From an uncultured bacterium (GTDB lineage Bacteria; JAJVIF01; JAPKYR01), in assembly GCA_965369865.1 (NCBI GenBank), contig CBDURU010000111.1, forward strand, positions 1-11,925: a DNA stretch of 11,925 nt, in the 5' to 3' direction. Position 1 is the stretch's first letter; every line of letters starts with the position of its first letter. Of the stretch, positions 9,368 to 11,925 are shown one piece after another. A model generated the notes under the pieces. It was not told the origin of the DNA and made no database searches. It was given only the letters and a program-made list of their open reading frames with translations. A program made the translations under genes and the position numbers.

Positions 9368-10069
9368 TCAGGCAAGTGTTGTGACATCCTTCACATCGAT
9401 CCTGATCCCGGGTCCCATTGTGCTCGAAAGGATAATCTTCTTGATGTACTGTCCTTTCGCACCGCGTGGGCGGTTCTTAGTAATGAAACGTATGAATGCC
9501 TGGACATTTTCCTTCAGTTCCTCTTGTTTAAATCCGGCTCTTCCCACCTTCGAGTGAATGAGTCCAGTGGTATCGGCCCTGAATGTCACCTTACCGGCCT
9601 TATATTCTTTAACCGCTTCAGCAATGTTCGCGGTGACAGTACCGGTTTTTGGGTTCGGCATCATTCCTCTCGGACCCAGGATACGTCCCAGCTTGCCGAC
9701 CACTCTCATCATGTCGGGTGTAGCCAGAACCATGTCGAAATCCATTTTGCCGTTTTTAATCTCTTCACCAAGCTCCTCACCACCGACAATATCCGCTCCG
9801 GCATCGCGGGCTTCAGTCTCTTTTTCTCCCATAGCGAATACAGCAAGTTTTACTTCCTTGCCCGTGCCATGTGGAAGCCCAATGGCTCCCCTGAGCTGCT
9901 GATCGGCATGGCGGGTATCGAGTCCGGTGACTATGCAGATATCGACCGATGCATCAAATTTTGTCGGACTTGTCGTACGTACCAGCTCAACCGCTCTGTC
10001 AAGTGTGTACTGTGTGGATGGGTCGACGAGTTCGGCTGCTTTTTTATAATTCTTTCCTCTTCTGGACAT
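9368..10069 (-). CDS. rplA: 50S ribosomal protein L1
   Basis: KFDASVD, ADQQLRGAIGLPHGTGK, LGRILGPRGMMPNPKTGTVT, SSTMGPGI; 233 aa; SD GAGGTG upstream of the ATG. Confidence 0.99.
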   Translation of the reverse strand: MSRRGKNYKKAAELVDPSTQYTLDRAVELVRTTSPTKFDASVDICIVTGLDTRHADQQLRGAIGLPHGTGKEVKLAVFAMGEKETEARDAGADIVGGEELGEEIKNGKMDFDMVLATPDMMRVVGKLGRILGPRGMMPNPKTGTVTANIAEAVKEYKAGKVTFRADTTGLIHSKVGRAGFKQEELKENVQAFIRFITKNRPRGAKGQYIKKIILSSTMGPGIRIDVKDVTTLA

Positions 10070-10084
10070 ATTTTCACCTCGGTT

Positions 10085-10120
10085 GTGGTCCGCGCAGGCC
10101 TCTTAACGAGGCCCTCCCAC
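10085..10120 (-). promoter_or_regulatory. Putative L1-binding autoregulatory mRNA element upstream of rplA
   Basis: mRNA reads GUGG-GAG-GGCCUC-GUUAA-GAGGCC-UGCGCGGA-CCAC: an outer GUGG/CCAC helix, an asymmetric internal loop and a perfect 6-bp inner helix. It sits just upstream of the rplA SD (GAGGUG) and resembles known L1 operator / 23S rRNA L1-site mimics. Confidence 0.72.
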
Positions 10121-10166
10121 GGGGCCCGGGCGGATTTCCAATCCGATCCCTATAAATCTTTCAACA

Positions 10167-10595
10167 CTAGCCTTCAATCTCCACACCCATACTCCGGGCG
10201 GTGCCTTCGACTATTTTCATGGCACTCTCTACATCATAGGCGTTTAATTCTTGAATTTTCTTTTCAGCGATCTCGGCAACCTGTTTGCGGGTAAGCTTAC
10301 CGATTTTCTCCCTGTTCGGTTCCCCGGAGCCTTTTTCAATTCCGGCGGCCCGCTTGATAAGATCGCTCATGGGTGGAACCCCAAGTTCGAATGTGAAGGT
10401 CCGATCCTGGTAGATTGTGATTTCAACAGGAACGATAGACCCGGCCTGGTTCTTGGTCTGATCATTGTAATCCCTGCAAAACATGGGAAGGTTGATCCCA
10501 TGAGGCCCAAGGATCGATCCAATCGGTGGACCAGGGGTAGCTTTTCCTGCTTCAATCTGAAGCTTTATTTTTTTTACGATTGCTTTTCTGGCCAT
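10167..10595 (-). CDS. rplK: 50S ribosomal protein L11
   Basis: [42 protein letters not shown]; 142 aa; sits between nusG and rplA. Confidence 0.98.
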   Translation of the reverse strand: MARKAIVKKIKLQIEAGKATPGPPIGSILGPHGINLPMFCRDYNDQTKNQAGSIVPVEITIYQDRTFTFELGVPPMSDLIKRAAGIEKGSGEPNREKIGKLTRKQVAEIAEKKIQELNAYDVESAMKIVEGTARSMGVEIEG

Positions 10596-10659
10596 AATTC
10601 ACTCATCACCCGAACCAGTGTTGATATTCATTCGCGGTCCGTTTTATTTCTTACCAGCT

Positions 10660-11187
10660 CTATGCGTCGGAGGTCTTCTCGATCTCGTTGAAACTCAACT
10701 CAACCGGAGTCTCTCGTCCAAAGACCGAAAGCATGACCTTCGCTTTCTGTTTGTCGTAATCAATGTCCTGAATAATACCGTTGAAGTCGGCAAACGGCCC
10801 GATCAACACAACGACCTGGTCACCCACCGCCAGATCGATTACAGGGCCCTCAGCCTGCATTCCAATCCTCTTGAGAATGGTCTGCATCTCGCTTTCCTTG
10901 ATCGGCATCGGTTCCCTTGCGGTCCCGAGAAAATGTGTCACGTTTTCAGTATTCTTCACCAGCGCCCAGGTTTCATCCGTAAGCACCATTTCTATAAATA
11001 CGTAACCTGGAAAAACTTTATGTTTGACAGCGGTCCTCGAACCCTTAACAACTTCCAGGTGTTCTTCCTGGGGCACAATAATCCGGAATATCTTATCCTT
11101 GTACCCGCGCGTCTTTGCCTGGTGCTCGATAGAGCTCTTGACCTTCTGTTCGCATCCCGACTTAGTATGTGCTACGTACCATGCCAT
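10660..11187 (-). CDS. nusG: Transcription termination/antitermination factor NusG
   Basis: NGN domain (WYVAHT..., KVFPGYVFIEM, VKNTENVTHFLG) and KOW domain (VGDQVVVLIGPFADFNG, VFGRETPVEL). Start trimmed to the ATG at 11187 (MAWYV) from the ORF-track 11223. Confidence 0.97.
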   Translation of the reverse strand: MAWYVAHTKSGCEQKVKSSIEHQAKTRGYKDKIFRIIVPQEEHLEVVKGSRTAVKHKVFPGYVFIEMVLTDETWALVKNTENVTHFLGTAREPMPIKESEMQTILKRIGMQAEGPVIDLAVGDQVVVLIGPFADFNGIIQDIDYDKQKAKVMLSVFGRETPVELSFNEIEKTSDA

Positions 11188-11234
11188 AAAATTCAGTTCT
11201 TCCCGGCGAGAATTAACCGACACTAAAAAATTAT

Positions 11235-11783
11235 TTATTCATCACCTTCCGGTACAGGCGTCGTTCCTCCAACGCCATTCCCTTCATCAAGCCCGGTAGT
11301 CATGTCCACTGCACCGAGCGGCGTAGATGGGATCGCATCCGGTGAATACGGTGCCGGCTGTGCGGTGGTGGGACCCTGGAGTTTGAAAAGCCTCTGAGAT
11401 ACCTTGGCCATTCCGGCGGACGCAAGTCCCATGAATGCGGAAAGGAAAACAATCACTATTACAGTTACCCATGTTGACTTCCAGGTGTCGTCGATCGACG
11501 GCCAGTTAATTTTCTTAGCCTCGATCTGGACTTCAGTGAAGAAAGCCTTCAGGCGATCCCATGCATTAGGGGCATCGTCCTTTTTAATTTGCTTCGGAGC
11601 TTTTTTCTGGCGTGCCTCGTGCTCTTCGGCAGGCGGAGAAACGGCTACCGCTTTTTCAACGGTTTCCTCAGCGGTTTCTTCCCCGACGTCGATCAGGGGT
11701 TCCTGAAGTTGCCCATCGGCCCTGAGCTTCGCACGCTTACGTCTTTGAGCTCGTTTCTTATTGCTTTTTGATCTCTTGCCCAT
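11235..11783 (-). CDS. secE: Preprotein translocase subunit SecE with long N- and C-terminal extensions
   Basis: Core FFTEVQIEAKKINWPSIDDTWKSTWVTVIVIVFLSAFMG matches the SecE amphipathic helix, the E-x-K-K-(V/I)-x-W-P motif and a single TM helix. It lies directly upstream of nusG. Start codon is less certain (weak SD). Confidence 0.9.
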   Translation of the reverse strand: MGKRSKSNKKRAQRRKRAKLRADGQLQEPLIDVGEETAEETVEKAVAVSPPAEEHEARQKKAPKQIKKDDAPNAWDRLKAFFTEVQIEAKKINWPSIDDTWKSTWVTVIVIVFLSAFMGLASAGMAKVSQRLFKLQGPTTAQPAPYSPDAIPSTPLGAVDMTTGLDEGNGVGGTTPVPEGDE

Positions 11784-11833
11784 CTGGTCTGTCCAAATGT
11801 TTTGCTTCTGCTTTAAAAAAAACCGAGGTCCTT

Positions 11834-11925
11834 TTATTCCTGGATTCTATCGACTACGCCGGCGCCGACCGTGCGGCCGCCCTCACGGATCGCGAACCGG
11901 AGTCCTTCCTCCATCGCGATCGGCG
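11834..11925 (-). CDS. tuf: Elongation factor Tu, C-terminal fragment (gene runs off the right edge)
   Basis: Manual minus-strand translation gives ...PIAMEEGLRFAIREGGRTVGAGVVDRIQE*, the canonical EF-Tu C-terminus. TAA stop at 11836-11834. Not in the ORF track because it is truncated. Confidence 0.96.
   Translation of the reverse strand, partial: PIAMEEGLRFAIREGGRTVGAGVVDRIQE

Noticed and set aside
9320..10294. 324-aa plus-strand ORF
   Set aside because: It is antisense to rplA/rplK and has no recognisable motifs; a typical shadow ORF of conserved genes.
1..11925. Novel multi-gene system, CRISPR array, mobile element or tRNA
   Set aside because: Nearly all of the sequence is accounted for by universal housekeeping genes. 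The spacers are short and show no repeat-spacer arrays, terminal inverted repeats or cloverleafs.

Overview
A core bacterial housekeeping locus, entirely on the minus strand: tuf (3' end only, missed by the ORF track) - secE - nusG - rplK - rplA - rplJ - rplL - rpoB - rpoC. It ends in an intrinsic terminator, followed by the possible start of an unrelated gene at the left edge. The RNA polymerase lacks the E. coli-type beta i9, beta i11 and beta' i6/SI3 inserts, which suggests a Terrabacteria-like, possibly uncultured lineage (inference). I found no mobile element, CRISPR array, tRNA/rRNA or new multi-gene system. The interesting signals are fine-scale. In RNAP: a ~190-aa beta' N-terminal insert with two beta-beta'-module repeats, an ~18-aa extension of the secondary-channel rim helices, an LFE-LFE micro-duplication after the trigger loop, and a single-module insert at the beta i4 site. 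Elsewhere: an L1-binding element between rplK and rplA, no room for an L10 leader, a switch-like structured rpoB leader, a three-segment L10 tail, and a SecE with long extensions. Comparisons to other species are from memory of those proteins, not from a computed alignment.
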